DNA of 64,000 bases from an uncultured virus (IMG/VR IMGVR_UViG_3300009785_000024) (lineage: Duplodnaviria; Heunggongvirae; Uroviricota; Caudoviricetes): the IMG/VR virus record IMGVR_UViG_3300009785_000024, one strand, 5' to 3'. A model generated the notes under the pieces. It was given only the letters and a program-made list of their open reading frames with translations, was not told where the DNA came from and did no database searches. Within the stretch, counting starts at the first letter, position 1. Each line of letters opens with the position of its first letter. Shown here in pieces: positions 1-8,648 of the stretch. A program made the position numbers and the translations under genes.

Positions 1-114
1 AAATCTAGGTTTTCCAGATTTATCCATACTTCCAATATTGGTTGGAAACCCAGGTTTTAACTTCTCTACTTTGCCACCTCTTTTTAAAAACTCTTCTATC
101 GTTTCTGTTTTCAT
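1..114 (-). CDS. Partial small protein with a SutA-like RNA-polymerase-binding motif (runs off the window)
   Basis: Read manually, not in the ORF track: ATG at 114 overlapping the upstream TGA gives MKTETIEEFLKRGGKVEKLKPG. EEFLxRGGKV resembles the SutA RNAP-binding motif. Confidence 0.55.
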   Translation of the reverse strand, partial: MKTETIEEFLKRGGKVEKLKPGFPTNIGSMDKSGKPRF

Positions 115-299
115 ATTAGTTTACTCAATAATTGATGAGGTGTTAAATTAGAGTTTGATGTGTAAACAATAATTTTGTTTATAAAAGCAGACAATGGTGT
201 GTCAGTTTCTTTCAACTTAGTTTTTAGAAGTTCTAATGGAATTCTATCAACCGATGTAGTTAGTTTATATTTGAGTTCGTCTTTTGTTTTTCTGTTCAT
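111..299 (-). CDS. Hypothetical protein
   Basis: Track ORF 111..320; the ATG at 299 (MNRKTK) overlaps the upstream stop (ATGA) and is the more likely start. Confidence 0.6.
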   Translation of the reverse strand: MNRKTKDELKYKLTTSVDRIPLELLKTKLKETDTPLSAFINKIIVYTSNSNLTPHQLLSKLI

Positions 300-445
300 A
301 AGTATTTCTTTTTGTACCACTCATAGAATTTCTTATCAGTAAAGTATTCTGCAATGTGATTAGCAGGGACTTGGTCACTTCTAATACAATCTGCTATATC
401 CTGATAGTCTGTTATGTCTACTTTGTGTTGTGTGTTCATTTTCAT
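296..445 (-). CDS. Small hypothetical protein
   Basis: Track ORF 296..517; likely start MKMNTQ at 445, directly after the stop of the 447..605 ORF. Confidence 0.55.
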   Translation of the reverse strand: MKMNTQHKVDITDYQDIADCIRSDQVPANHIAEYFTDKKFYEWYKKKYL

Positions 446-446
446 T

Positions 447-605
447 TTACTTAATGTTATTAGTGTTCTTCTTCTTTTTTCTTTCTCGCAGGATTCTTCC
501 ATAATTAGGCCAATCAACTTTTTCGCCTACATACCGCCAACGAATAGTATCTGTGCTTGGATTCCTTTCATATATTTTTTCTTTATTTTTATTCATAGTA
601 CTCAT
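447..605 (-). CDS. Small hypothetical protein (52 aa, MSTMNKNKEKIYERNPSTDTIRWRY...)
   Basis: Read manually, below the track cutoff; fills the gap exactly between the MTase stop (607) and the next start (445). Confidence 0.55.
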   Translation of the reverse strand: MSTMNKNKEKIYERNPSTDTIRWRYVGEKVDWPNYGRILRERKKKKNTNNIK

Positions 606-606
606 T

Positions 607-1302
607 CTACATTACTTTCCCAAACTTGTCAAGCAGGTCGAGTCGATTAAAGTATGATTTATCAAAAACCTCTTTATCCAGTTCAACTCCAATGTATTGT
701 CTTCTCATTTCTTTTGCAATCCAAGGCACAATACCACTACCAGCAAATGGGTCAAATACTATTTGATTCTCTTTTGATAGATAATCAACTATAAGTTTAA
801 TAAAATTATCGTTCCACACATATAGATTGAAAGGACCTTTGATATTACCTAGTCTCTTTGTTTCATATACTAATATGTTCTTTAACCAGTCACCACCTCG
901 TTTGATAGTACCTTTCTTTGTGAATACAAGTGTATGTTGATAATTGAAGTAATACATATCTCTCTTTTCAACAGGAGTATTTCTTACCATTATCTTATAG
1001 TCTTTTAATTTAAAACCATTTCTTATCATTGCTTGATGATATGTTATATGGTTAGGTAGTATCTCACCATTAATCTTTCTATCTGTTTGTGATATAACTA
1101 CGAAGCCTTCGTCTTTCGTAATTCTTGCCATCTGGTCGCAACTTCTATTTTGAAACTCTTGGTATTGTTCTATATCTTTACCCCACGGACCTTGTGATAT
1201 ATCAGGTAAACTAGTAAAGGTTAAATCAATACTCTTGTCTTCTACTTTAGGAAATATATCAAAAGCGTCACCGTGATGAAATTGATTAATTATGTCTTTC
1301 AT
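607..1302 (-). CDS. DNA N4/N6-methyltransferase-like protein (beta-type motif order, atypical catalytic motif)
   Basis: GDAF...SIDLTFTSLPD at motif IV position and VFDPFAGSG...YIGVELD SAM-binding motif I near the C-terminus. Confidence 0.75.
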   Translation of the reverse strand: MKDIINQFHHGDAFDIFPKVEDKSIDLTFTSLPDISQGPWGKDIEQYQEFQNRSCDQMARITKDEGFVVISQTDRKINGEILPNHITYHQAMIRNGFKLKDYKIMVRNTPVEKRDMYYFNYQHTLVFTKKGTIKRGGDWLKNILVYETKRLGNIKGPFNLYVWNDNFIKLIVDYLSKENQIVFDPFAGSGIVPWIAKEMRRQYIGVELDKEVFDKSYFNRLDLLDKFGKVM

Positions 1303-1802
1303 TTTTTTATCTCCGGTATATAATATGCAAAGTGTAATAGTCTTCTATTACCTCTACCATTGTTTGCTCTATGCTCAAATTGTGGCGATTGGTTTAACCA
1401 GACAAATTGTCCAGGGTTACAGAATATTCTACATTTATCTTCGCCTTTTATTTCAATGTAGTTTTCGTTGTCATCATTACCTTCATCTAGGTATACTAAT
1501 ATGTTTGAATTAAATTTGTCACCTGCAACAAAATCATTATGAAATTCGTTGTTATCTTTGGTTACTCCATTCCATAAACCAACTTCTTCTGTCAGTTCAA
1601 ATTTAGGATATGTTTCTGATATAACTTCTTCTAGTTGTTCTTGTACATTCTTAATCTCTTGTTTACAGATATCAGATAATATTAAGTCTTTAGCGTCATA
1701 GTCAATACTAGGAAACTTTACATCATCAAATAGTTGTACATTTAAATCTAAATGACCAGTATAAAAACCATCTTTAAAGAAAGTTGTCATATCATATTTC
1801 AT
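1299..1802 (-). CDS. 2OG-Fe(II) oxygenase
   Basis: FHND...ILVYLD...HRA...RR: HxD...H...R double-stranded beta-helix signature. Confidence 0.7.
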   Translation of the reverse strand: MKYDMTTFFKDGFYTGHLDLNVQLFDDVKFPSIDYDAKDLILSDICKQEIKNVQEQLEEVISETYPKFELTEEVGLWNGVTKDNNEFHNDFVAGDKFNSNILVYLDEGNDDNENYIEIKGEDKCRIFCNPGQFVWLNQSPQFEHRANNGRGNRRLLHFAYYIPEIKK

Positions 1803-2704
1803 TGTATACCTCCAGTAATTTCGTGTACTTCACTTTGATTTAGTCTTCTACCAACACACCAGAAGACATTAGTACCTTTAGTTGTGTCTATATTTTCGGT
1901 CATCCATTTATGAGCCTTTGCTTCGTATAAGTCATCTAACATAAATGATGGTTCTTTAGGATAGTATTCTTCTCTAGTCCACTCTGAATAGTTAGGATTT
2001 GTTATCTGTGTTTTTAGAGGAGTACTATAACTAGTTTTAGGTGTGTGAAATTCAAAAGGATAATCATTTTGTTCTATGCCAAAATAACTTCTTATATTCT
2101 TTGTTCTATCAGGTCCTACACCGACACCGATAACTCTTTTTACTTTCTTATTATACTTCTTTAAACCATACATTACTGCTGACATCTGAATACCTACACC
2201 ACAACTCATAACTAAATTGTCTATTTCGTCTGGTAGATTTTGCACTTGTTCACCATTAGTCTCTAACATCAATTCAGGTTCTTCCATAATCCATTTATCA
2301 AAAGATGTGTAGAAGTATTTTTCTTTTTCTATAATATCTTTTGTTCTCTTTGCAAGTACACTATTGATACCGTGACCTGCAACTATTCTTATCTCACCAC
2401 CATAGTATTGTGCAAGGTGCATAATATGTCGTTGTTTTAATGTTTCAGGTTTAGTTCCACCTACTGCAAATATTGATTTAAAACCAAACTCTTTTGCAAC
2501 TCTACTAATAACACTAGCCGTAGGACTATGTACTGAAACGGATTGTATAACTCCGTTGTTGTGTTCATTTCTTATCTTGTCTTTATATTTTTCAAACAAG
2601 GCAATCGTTTGTCGCATTTTGCCACCATTGACATCTCCGTAAGGTGCAAACAAATCGTCTCGTTTGTAATATATGTTATCGTATTTTTCTATGGGCGTCA
2701 GCAT
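1799..2704 (-). CDS. PLP-dependent fold-type II enzyme (ACC deaminase / D-cysteine desulfhydrase-like)
   Basis: TPIE...YYKRDDL...GGKMR (PLP lysine), LVMSCGVG phosphate-binding loop, DDLYEAKA. Confidence 0.75.
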   Translation of the reverse strand: MLTPIEKYDNIYYKRDDLFAPYGDVNGGKMRQTIALFEKYKDKIRNEHNNGVIQSVSVHSPTASVISRVAKEFGFKSIFAVGGTKPETLKQRHIMHLAQYYGGEIRIVAGHGINSVLAKRTKDIIEKEKYFYTSFDKWIMEEPELMLETNGEQVQNLPDEIDNLVMSCGVGIQMSAVMYGLKKYNKKVKRVIGVGVGPDRTKNIRSYFGIEQNDYPFEFHTPKTSYSTPLKTQITNPNYSEWTREEYYPKEPSFMLDDLYEAKAHKWMTENIDTTKGTNVFWCVGRRLNQSEVHEITGGIQ

Positions 2705-3875
2705 TAAATAATTTTCTCACTTTATCATTCGCAACAACATCAATAACTAAATGTGTTCTCCATTCGTCACCATTGTTAATTGCCATATGGGGTTTTCTAA
2801 TATCTAGGTACCAGGCACTTCCTTCTACCATGTTAGTCATAACTTTACTACCTGAAGTAGACCAACTTGTAAACTCTACATTTAGATTTGTTTTGATAGG
2901 TACATGGATTCTCATTAGTCTACCATCTGCAATTCCTAAGTCAGGGTCTACTTGGTCTGTATGTCTTTGTAATTCTCCACCACCTGGTTTCAAATTCATA
3001 AATCTTACTCTATGTATTTCTGTTTCAAATACATCTAATATCTTTTCTACTAAAGGAAACTTCTTACGCCAATCTGTATCTTGTAATTCAAATTGTACAT
3101 CTTTGTTTTCTTCTTTCCATTTCTTATTCATTTCTACAGGTTTTGTAATAAACTTATAGTCAGAAGAATAACCTCTTAATGAGATTGCACTCCAAGACTT
3201 TGCTTTGTTGTAGTTTGAATAGTGATTAGTAAACTCTACTTCCATATCGTGTAGTTGTTTTGCAAGTTGTGTTGTAATATCTTCAAACGATACATTCATA
3301 GGTTTCAATGTATACTTTTCATATACAGGTACTTGTGGGTGTTGTCTATCTTCTAATACATTACTAGCGTGTCTAAAATAAACACCTATAATATCTGCAA
3401 TTGAATTAAACTTCGTACCTACATATTCAAATCCTGTCTCACTTGCAATATGTTTATCAGGACCACTTTCTTCGTTAATAAACAACCATACATTATTATT
3501 AGTATATTGTGTATCTTCCATTAATGTTGTAATGATATTTCTTTTATCAAATTCGTCTGTATAACCTAGATGTTTAATATGAATATCGCCAGGTAGTTTA
3601 GTACCTATCAATACACCAGGAGACATAAAGATATTAGATTTAACTTTTACTTGTGAATAGTGAATAAGACCTTTACCTAATAGTTGCAACTCGCCTTTAG
3701 ATAGCGCTTCTGCAATATTATTCTTCTTAAACTTGCTCATTTCATGTTGAGCGTACTCGTTATAGGATTTAAATCTTTTTTCTAAATCTTTTAAATAGTC
3801 TATTTGGAATCCTTTTTGCCAAGGTTTACTTTCTGTGGCTGGGACTCCTTCATTGCTTTTTGGTATCGTTTCCAT
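2676..3875 (-). CDS. Fusion: putative GNAT-like N-terminal domain plus aspartyl/asparaginyl beta-hydroxylase-family domain
   Basis: C-terminal RVRFMNLKPGG..HTD..RIHVPIKTN..EGSAWYLD..KPH.A.N.G..WRTHLVID. The N-terminal VWLFINEE..GFEYVG is weakly GNAT-like. AAGGAG RBS upstream. Confidence 0.7.
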   Translation of the reverse strand: METIPKSNEGVPATESKPWQKGFQIDYLKDLEKRFKSYNEYAQHEMSKFKKNNIAEALSKGELQLLGKGLIHYSQVKVKSNIFMSPGVLIGTKLPGDIHIKHLGYTDEFDKRNIITTLMEDTQYTNNNVWLFINEESGPDKHIASETGFEYVGTKFNSIADIIGVYFRHASNVLEDRQHPQVPVYEKYTLKPMNVSFEDITTQLAKQLHDMEVEFTNHYSNYNKAKSWSAISLRGYSSDYKFITKPVEMNKKWKEENKDVQFELQDTDWRKKFPLVEKILDVFETEIHRVRFMNLKPGGGELQRHTDQVDPDLGIADGRLMRIHVPIKTNLNVEFTSWSTSGSKVMTNMVEGSAWYLDIRKPHMAINNGDEWRTHLVIDVVANDKVRKLFNADAHRKIR

Positions 3876-4645
3876 TTTTTCATCTCCTTCTCTGCTTTTC
3901 GATATGCTAAGTCTAGTTTTAGTTTGCTAACTTTCTGAACCATCAACTCACCTTTCTGGTGGTCGTATTCATGTTGGCATACTCTACTCATCATACCATC
4001 TAAATGTGCTTCTTTTAAATCTTTATTCTCATCTTCGTATTTCATAACACATTTTCTAGGTCTAGTCATACTAACAAATAAGAAAGGAAAAGTCAAGCAG
4101 CCTTCTTTCATTAGTACATCTTCACTACTGGTCTGTATAATTACTGGATTAAAAGCTGCTATCTTCAATCCTTTTTCTATTGAGTCGTGGTCTCCTGCAA
4201 CAAACATATTGAAAGGTAACCCAATCTGTATCGCACTTAAACCAATACCACCATATTTGTGCATAAGAGCAAACATACCATCTACAAGTTCTTGTCTATC
4301 TTTTAGACCATACTCTTCTAGCATTTCATCTTTGAAAACTGCTACAGGTTGTCTAACTCTTGGATCCGATGGTGGTAGTAATTCATATTGAAATGATTTA
4401 GGGTCTATACCTTTTCTAATTTCAACATCTTTATTCTTATCTGTCATGTCTTCTACAAGTGAATTCTCATCTTTTTGTTCATTCAACTTTTTCATAACAT
4501 CAGCATTATCAATCCATTGACCGTCTTCAGCTGCTTGTTCAACTTCACCTTTTTTTATTTTCTCTTCTGCCTGTCTCATCATGTCCTCTTTAAATTTCTC
4601 TTCTTCATAAACAGACATTCTTTTCTCGTCTAAATTTTTAGGCAT
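3800..4645 (-). CDS. def: Peptide deformylase with acidic N-terminal extension
   Basis: All three PDF motifs: GIGLSAIQIG, EGCLTFP, QHEYDH. Confidence 0.93.
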   Translation of the reverse strand: MPKNLDEKRMSVYEEEKFKEDMMRQAEEKIKKGEVEQAAEDGQWIDNADVMKKLNEQKDENSLVEDMTDKNKDVEIRKGIDPKSFQYELLPPSDPRVRQPVAVFKDEMLEEYGLKDRQELVDGMFALMHKYGGIGLSAIQIGLPFNMFVAGDHDSIEKGLKIAAFNPVIIQTSSEDVLMKEGCLTFPFLFVSMTRPRKCVMKYEDENKDLKEAHLDGMMSRVCQHEYDHQKGELMVQKVSKLKLDLAYRKAEKEMKKWKRYQKAMKESQPQKVNLGKKDSK

Positions 4646-6353
4646 TTTCTAACCTCGTAAAGTTTTGATACTTCTCAAATTTTAATATATTAGTAAACTT
4701 GTCAAACATAATATCTCCTTTGTGTGATATGATAAAGACATTTTCTTTTGAAAGTTGAGCAATAATCTTAAAGAAGTCGTCTGTTCCTTGACCATCTAAA
4801 CTACTATCAAATATCTCATCAAGTATTAATAAATTAGTATTGACGGAGTTCTTCATCTTCGCAATACTTCTCCAAGTGAATAGTAATGATAAATCTATTC
4901 TCATCTTCTCACCTTCACTAAAATTGTTATAGTTAAAAGAATCCATATGTCTACTCTTAACCGTTTCTTTAAACTCTTCGTCTAAATGAAAAGATATAAA
5001 GAAGTCCATTGATTGTAGATACTGATTGATAAGTGTATTCATTACTGGAATATACTTCTTAATAATTTGTGCTCTTGCACCACTATCGTCTACAATCTGT
5101 CTTAATACATCAATGTATTTTTTCTCTTCAATAACTTCGTCTCGTTCTCCCATTGTCTTAACTAGGTCTTGTTTCAACTTCAATATCTCTTCTTTGATAT
5201 TTAGGCCTGAAGCATCCTCTACTTGTAGGAGTTCAATCTCATCTTGTATTCTATCACTATGTCTTTTAATCTCATCAACACTATGATTAAGTTTTGAAAC
5301 ATTTGTTTCTATAGTTCTAATAGTTTCTGATACCTTATCAATGGTTAGTATCTTCTCTTCTGTATTAGTGATTTCAGTCAATAGTTCTTTATAACCATTA
5401 TTCAATTTATCTACAGCAGCCTTCTCTTCATTGATTTTCTCTTGTTTGAAACTAGGTTCAAGTTCTTGTGTACAAGTTGGACAATTAGTATTCTCTTCAA
5501 AGAATTTTAATGTTCTTTTATGTGTCTTTAAATTAGTATCAATCTTGGATTCTAACTTCTGCAATTGAAGAAACTTACTTTTAGTCTTATCTTTGTTTTG
5601 TAATTTTAATTTGTTTGTTTCAATTTCGTTATTGAGACTATTGATACGGACCATATAATCTCTTTTACCTTGTTGTGCTTTCTCTATGTCTTCTTTTTTT
5701 CTAGTGATAGCGTCTGTATCTCTACCTTGTAATTCTTCGTAATGTTTCTCTTGTAGATTAACTTTGTTATCAATCAAGTCTACCTGGTGTCTCATTGTGG
5801 TAATGTCTTTTGTTAAGTCTTGTTGTTTACTTCTTAACAATAAGTTCATACTTGCAAATACTTTAATGTCTAGTATCTCTTCAATTACATCTCTACGATA
5901 ACTTGCTCTCATCTTCATAAATGGTTCATAAGAAGAAGAACCTAAAATTACAACTTGACAAAATGACCTATAATTAAGTTTCATTATGTTTTGTTCAAGG
6001 TACTTTTGATAATCTATAGAAGAAGCATCCTGATTTAATAAAATGCCGTCTTGGAATATTTCAAATATGTTAGGTTTAATACCTCTTCGTATCTTGTATT
6101 TCTTTGGACCAATACTAAAGTAAACTTCAACAACGGTATCAGCATTGTTGATTGTATTAACCATCTGGTCTTTCTTAATAATTCTAAAAGGTTTGTTAAA
6201 CAATGCAAAGCATAAAGCGTCAAGTAAAGTTGATTTACCTGAACCATTAGTACCTATGATTAATGTCGTAGGTGATTCGTTTAAATTTACGCTGATTGGT
6301 GTATTGCCTGTAGAAAGAAAGTTCTTCCAGGTTATGTTATGAAATATTATCAC
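4638..6353 (-). CDS. gp46: Recombination endonuclease ATPase subunit (Rad50/SbcC-like)
   Basis: WKNFLSTGN, Walker A GTNGSGKS, CPTC zinc hook, FSEGE signature, LILDE Walker B. Confidence 0.96.
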   Translation of the reverse strand: MIIFHNITWKNFLSTGNTPISVNLNESPTTLIIGTNGSGKSTLLDALCFALFNKPFRIIKKDQMVNTINNADTVVEVYFSIGPKKYKIRRGIKPNIFEIFQDGILLNQDASSIDYQKYLEQNIMKLNYRSFCQVVILGSSSYEPFMKMRASYRRDVIEEILDIKVFASMNLLLRSKQQDLTKDITTMRHQVDLIDNKVNLQEKHYEELQGRDTDAITRKKEDIEKAQQGKRDYMVRINSLNNEIETNKLKLQNKDKTKSKFLQLQKLESKIDTNLKTHKRTLKFFEENTNCPTCTQELEPSFKQEKINEEKAAVDKLNNGYKELLTEITNTEEKILTIDKVSETIRTIETNVSKLNHSVDEIKRHSDRIQDEIELLQVEDASGLNIKEEILKLKQDLVKTMGERDEVIEEKKYIDVLRQIVDDSGARAQIIKKYIPVMNTLINQYLQSMDFFISFHLDEEFKETVKSRHMDSFNYNNFSEGEKMRIDLSLLFTWRSIAKMKNSVNTNLLILDEIFDSSLDGQGTDDFFKIIAQLSKENVFIISHKGDIMFDKFTNILKFEKYQNFTRLENA

Positions 6354-7411
6354 TTATCTTGCACCTCACTATATAAGTCTTTCACTATACTATTCATCTT
6401 ATTTTTATCTAATTCAGTATCTAAACTTTTAATATAATTTTGCAAGAAAGATAATGTATCTTCTCCTTGGTCTACGATATTAACATCAGCAGTTGAATTG
6501 ATATTATAACTATCTTCAATTACATTTACTTCATTTGTGTGTATCTCATTATGTAGTCTATCAATAAAGTCACCAAACTGGTTGACATCTGTTTTTTCTT
6601 CTACAATAACTTTAATAAAACAATTTTCATATTCACTTATATCCATAGTACTATATGAATTAACTTTATCATTATATAATATCTTCTTAAACATACTGAT
6701 AGGATTAGGAATTCTTGTTAGTTCTCTTGTATTTGTATCAAAGACATGAAAACCTTTAGGACATTGATAATCAGACCAAGTAATTTCGTATTGTGTGCCT
6801 AGATAAAAGATAGTACCATTATCTGATTTTCTATGATAGTGACCAGAATATACTTTCTCAAATCTTTTAAACAAGTCCATTTCTAAACCGTGGTCTTGGA
6901 AGTGTCCTTTGTGCATTTCAAAACCTTTAACTTCTAGGTGACCCATACATATTTGTGCTTGACTTTCTGTTATTGCCTTTAGACTTTCTTCTTCATTCTC
7001 TGGACATATCCAAGGTACGAATAGAATAGGCAAACCATCAAACTCAACCGTCTTTGGTTTCTCATATATAAATGGTTCATTTACACCATCAAAAGTTGTA
7101 ATCAGTTGTTGCATACTATTAATAGAGTTTGTGTTCTTATAGTATGTGTCATGGTTACCTAGTATGATATGTGTATCAATCTTCATCTCCCATAGTCTCT
7201 TCCAAAACTTATTTTGAAAGTTATGAGCAGTATTAAAGTTAATAAACTTTCTTCTGTCTACTACATCGCCTAAATGTATTAAGGTTGTGATGTTATTCTC
7301 TTCCAAATATGGAAAAAATATCTCATCATAAAACCTGTTAAAATATTTAATAAATGCAGGACTATCACTTCTCGCACCAAAGTGAGTGTCATTCAACAAT
7401 GCTATCTTCAT
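6350..7411 (-). CDS. gp47: Recombination endonuclease nuclease subunit (Mre11/SbcD-like)
   Basis: DTHFG, GDVVD, GNHD and SGHYH metallophosphoesterase motifs; adjacent to gp46. Confidence 0.96.
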   Translation of the reverse strand: MKIALLNDTHFGARSDSPAFIKYFNRFYDEIFFPYLEENNITTLIHLGDVVDRRKFINFNTAHNFQNKFWKRLWEMKIDTHIILGNHDTYYKNTNSINSMQQLITTFDGVNEPFIYEKPKTVEFDGLPILFVPWICPENEEESLKAITESQAQICMGHLEVKGFEMHKGHFQDHGLEMDLFKRFEKVYSGHYHRKSDNGTIFYLGTQYEITWSDYQCPKGFHVFDTNTRELTRIPNPISMFKKILYNDKVNSYSTMDISEYENCFIKVIVEEKTDVNQFGDFIDRLHNEIHTNEVNVIEDSYNINSTADVNIVDQGEDTLSFLQNYIKSLDTELDKNKMNSIVKDLYSEVQDK

Positions 7412-7420
7412 AATATACCC

Positions 7421-8050
7421 TTAAAAGTTCTCTAAATTTATCTTTGCTTTTCTTGTTCTCTTTAGTTTTGCACCTTTAGGTTTTACTTCTATAGGTTCAC
7501 TTGTAGGTTCTTGGTTTGGTAAGTTCTTTTGTAAGAATTCTGTAAATTGATTTTTAAAGTCTCTATCTTCACCAGGTTGCAATGTCATATCGTCATAGTT
7601 TGCATCCATAATAAGTTTATGTTTGATTGTTGTTTGTTTCTTTTCTTTTTGTATTCTTCTTATAAAGGCATAATAGATAATTTGTGTAAAGTATGCAAAT
7701 GGATTGTTTGACTTCTCTGGATTAAAGTTACCAAGATATTGTAAACAATTCTCAATACCATCTGAAATCATATCGTCTCTAAAAGTATAATTAATAAAGT
7801 TAGGTCTATACGATAAATGGTTTGCAATCTTTAAAAAACATTCTCCAATGTAATTAGTAACCGGAGGTTTCTTTCTGCCTCTTGCTTCTGCTTTATTACA
7901 TTTGTCTTTATACTCTACCATTGCAATTAGAAACTCTTTGTTATTAACATAGTGCTCCTTCTTCGCAGGTGTTCGTATGCGTTTCTTTTTTTCAGGCACT
8001 TCGGCCGTTTCAATTTCTTTAACTACTTTTTCTTTTTTAGTTTTCATCAT
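7421..8050 (-). CDS. gp55: Late-transcription sigma factor
   Basis: HYVNNKEF, NYIGECFLKIA, PNFINYTF, NPFAYFTQI conserved gp55 blocks. Confidence 0.95.
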   Translation of the reverse strand: MMKTKKEKVVKEIETAEVPEKKKRIRTPAKKEHYVNNKEFLIAMVEYKDKCNKAEARGRKKPPVTNYIGECFLKIANHLSYRPNFINYTFRDDMISDGIENCLQYLGNFNPEKSNNPFAYFTQIIYYAFIRRIQKEKKQTTIKHKLIMDANYDDMTLQPGEDRDFKNQFTEFLQKNLPNQEPTSEPIEVKPKGAKLKRTRKAKINLENF

Positions 8051-8056
8051 GTTCTC

Positions 8057-8085
8057 ACTATACTATATGTTGTTAAATAAGTCAA
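8057..8085 (-). promoter_or_regulatory. sigma70-type promoter for gp55
   Basis: TTGACT-N17-TATAGT on the minus strand. Confidence 0.7.
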
Positions 8086-8121
8086 GCACCTAACACATTT
8101 ATTTTTAAATGATACAGGCGC

Positions 8122-8150
8122 TTGACATATCCTGAATCGTGTGTTATTAT
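8122..8150 (+). promoter_or_regulatory. sigma70-type promoter, antisense orientation
   Basis: TTGACA-N17-TATTAT with a TG extension; no plus-strand gene downstream. Confidence 0.55.
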
Positions 8151-8191
8151 CAGCGTGTTGCTGCTGAGAGATAGAGTCTATAGAGTAGCGT

Positions 8192-8647
8192 CTAGTGAAA
8201 TGTAGTTTTCTTTTTAATGTCATTAAAGGTCTCAAATATTTCATCATACTCTTCCAGTTCCTCGTCTCGCATAATTTCTCTATCCATAAGTTTTTGAGTT
8301 AATGGATTATCTTCTCTTCTCATAACCTTGTCGTGGTTGTTGTAGTCAGTAATAACTTGCGTATAAGATTTAATCATTTGTTCACTTGCATTAGTAATAG
8401 TTAGTATCTTATCTTTAGGTATAGTAACCATATGGTCGTTTGTATATGCAGCCCACTTCACAAGTGCTATATAATCTTTGATACCAATGTTAGTAATCTG
8501 TGGCACATATTTTATTTCTAATGGTTTGTCTAATGTCAGCAACGGATTTCTTTGTTGATTTGCTACCGTAGGTATATGGCAAACAATGTCTGTGCCATTT
8601 ATAATCTTTACGATTTTGATTTCTAGTTTCGTTTCTTCTTTGTTCAT
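8192..8647 (-). CDS. Conserved T4-like hypothetical protein (Sm-like beta fold) downstream of uvsW
   Basis: IVKIINGTDIV..LTLDKPL..W..Y..IPKDKILTI pattern; position between uvsW and gp55 is typical of marine T4-like phages. Confidence 0.7.
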   Translation of the reverse strand: MNKEETKLEIKIVKIINGTDIVCHIPTVANQQRNPLLTLDKPLEIKYVPQITNIGIKDYIALVKWAAYTNDHMVTIPKDKILTITNASEQMIKSYTQVITDYNNHDKVMRREDNPLTQKLMDREIMRDEELEEYDEIFETFNDIKKKTTFH

Positions 8648-8648
8648 A

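Noticed and set aside
2644..3159. 171-aa plus-strand ORF and the other short plus-strand ORFs in the track
   Set aside because: All lie antisense to well-supported minus-strand genes.
8047..8247. 66-aa ORF across the gp55 upstream region
   Set aside because: Spans promoter elements and overlaps both neighbours; likely spurious.
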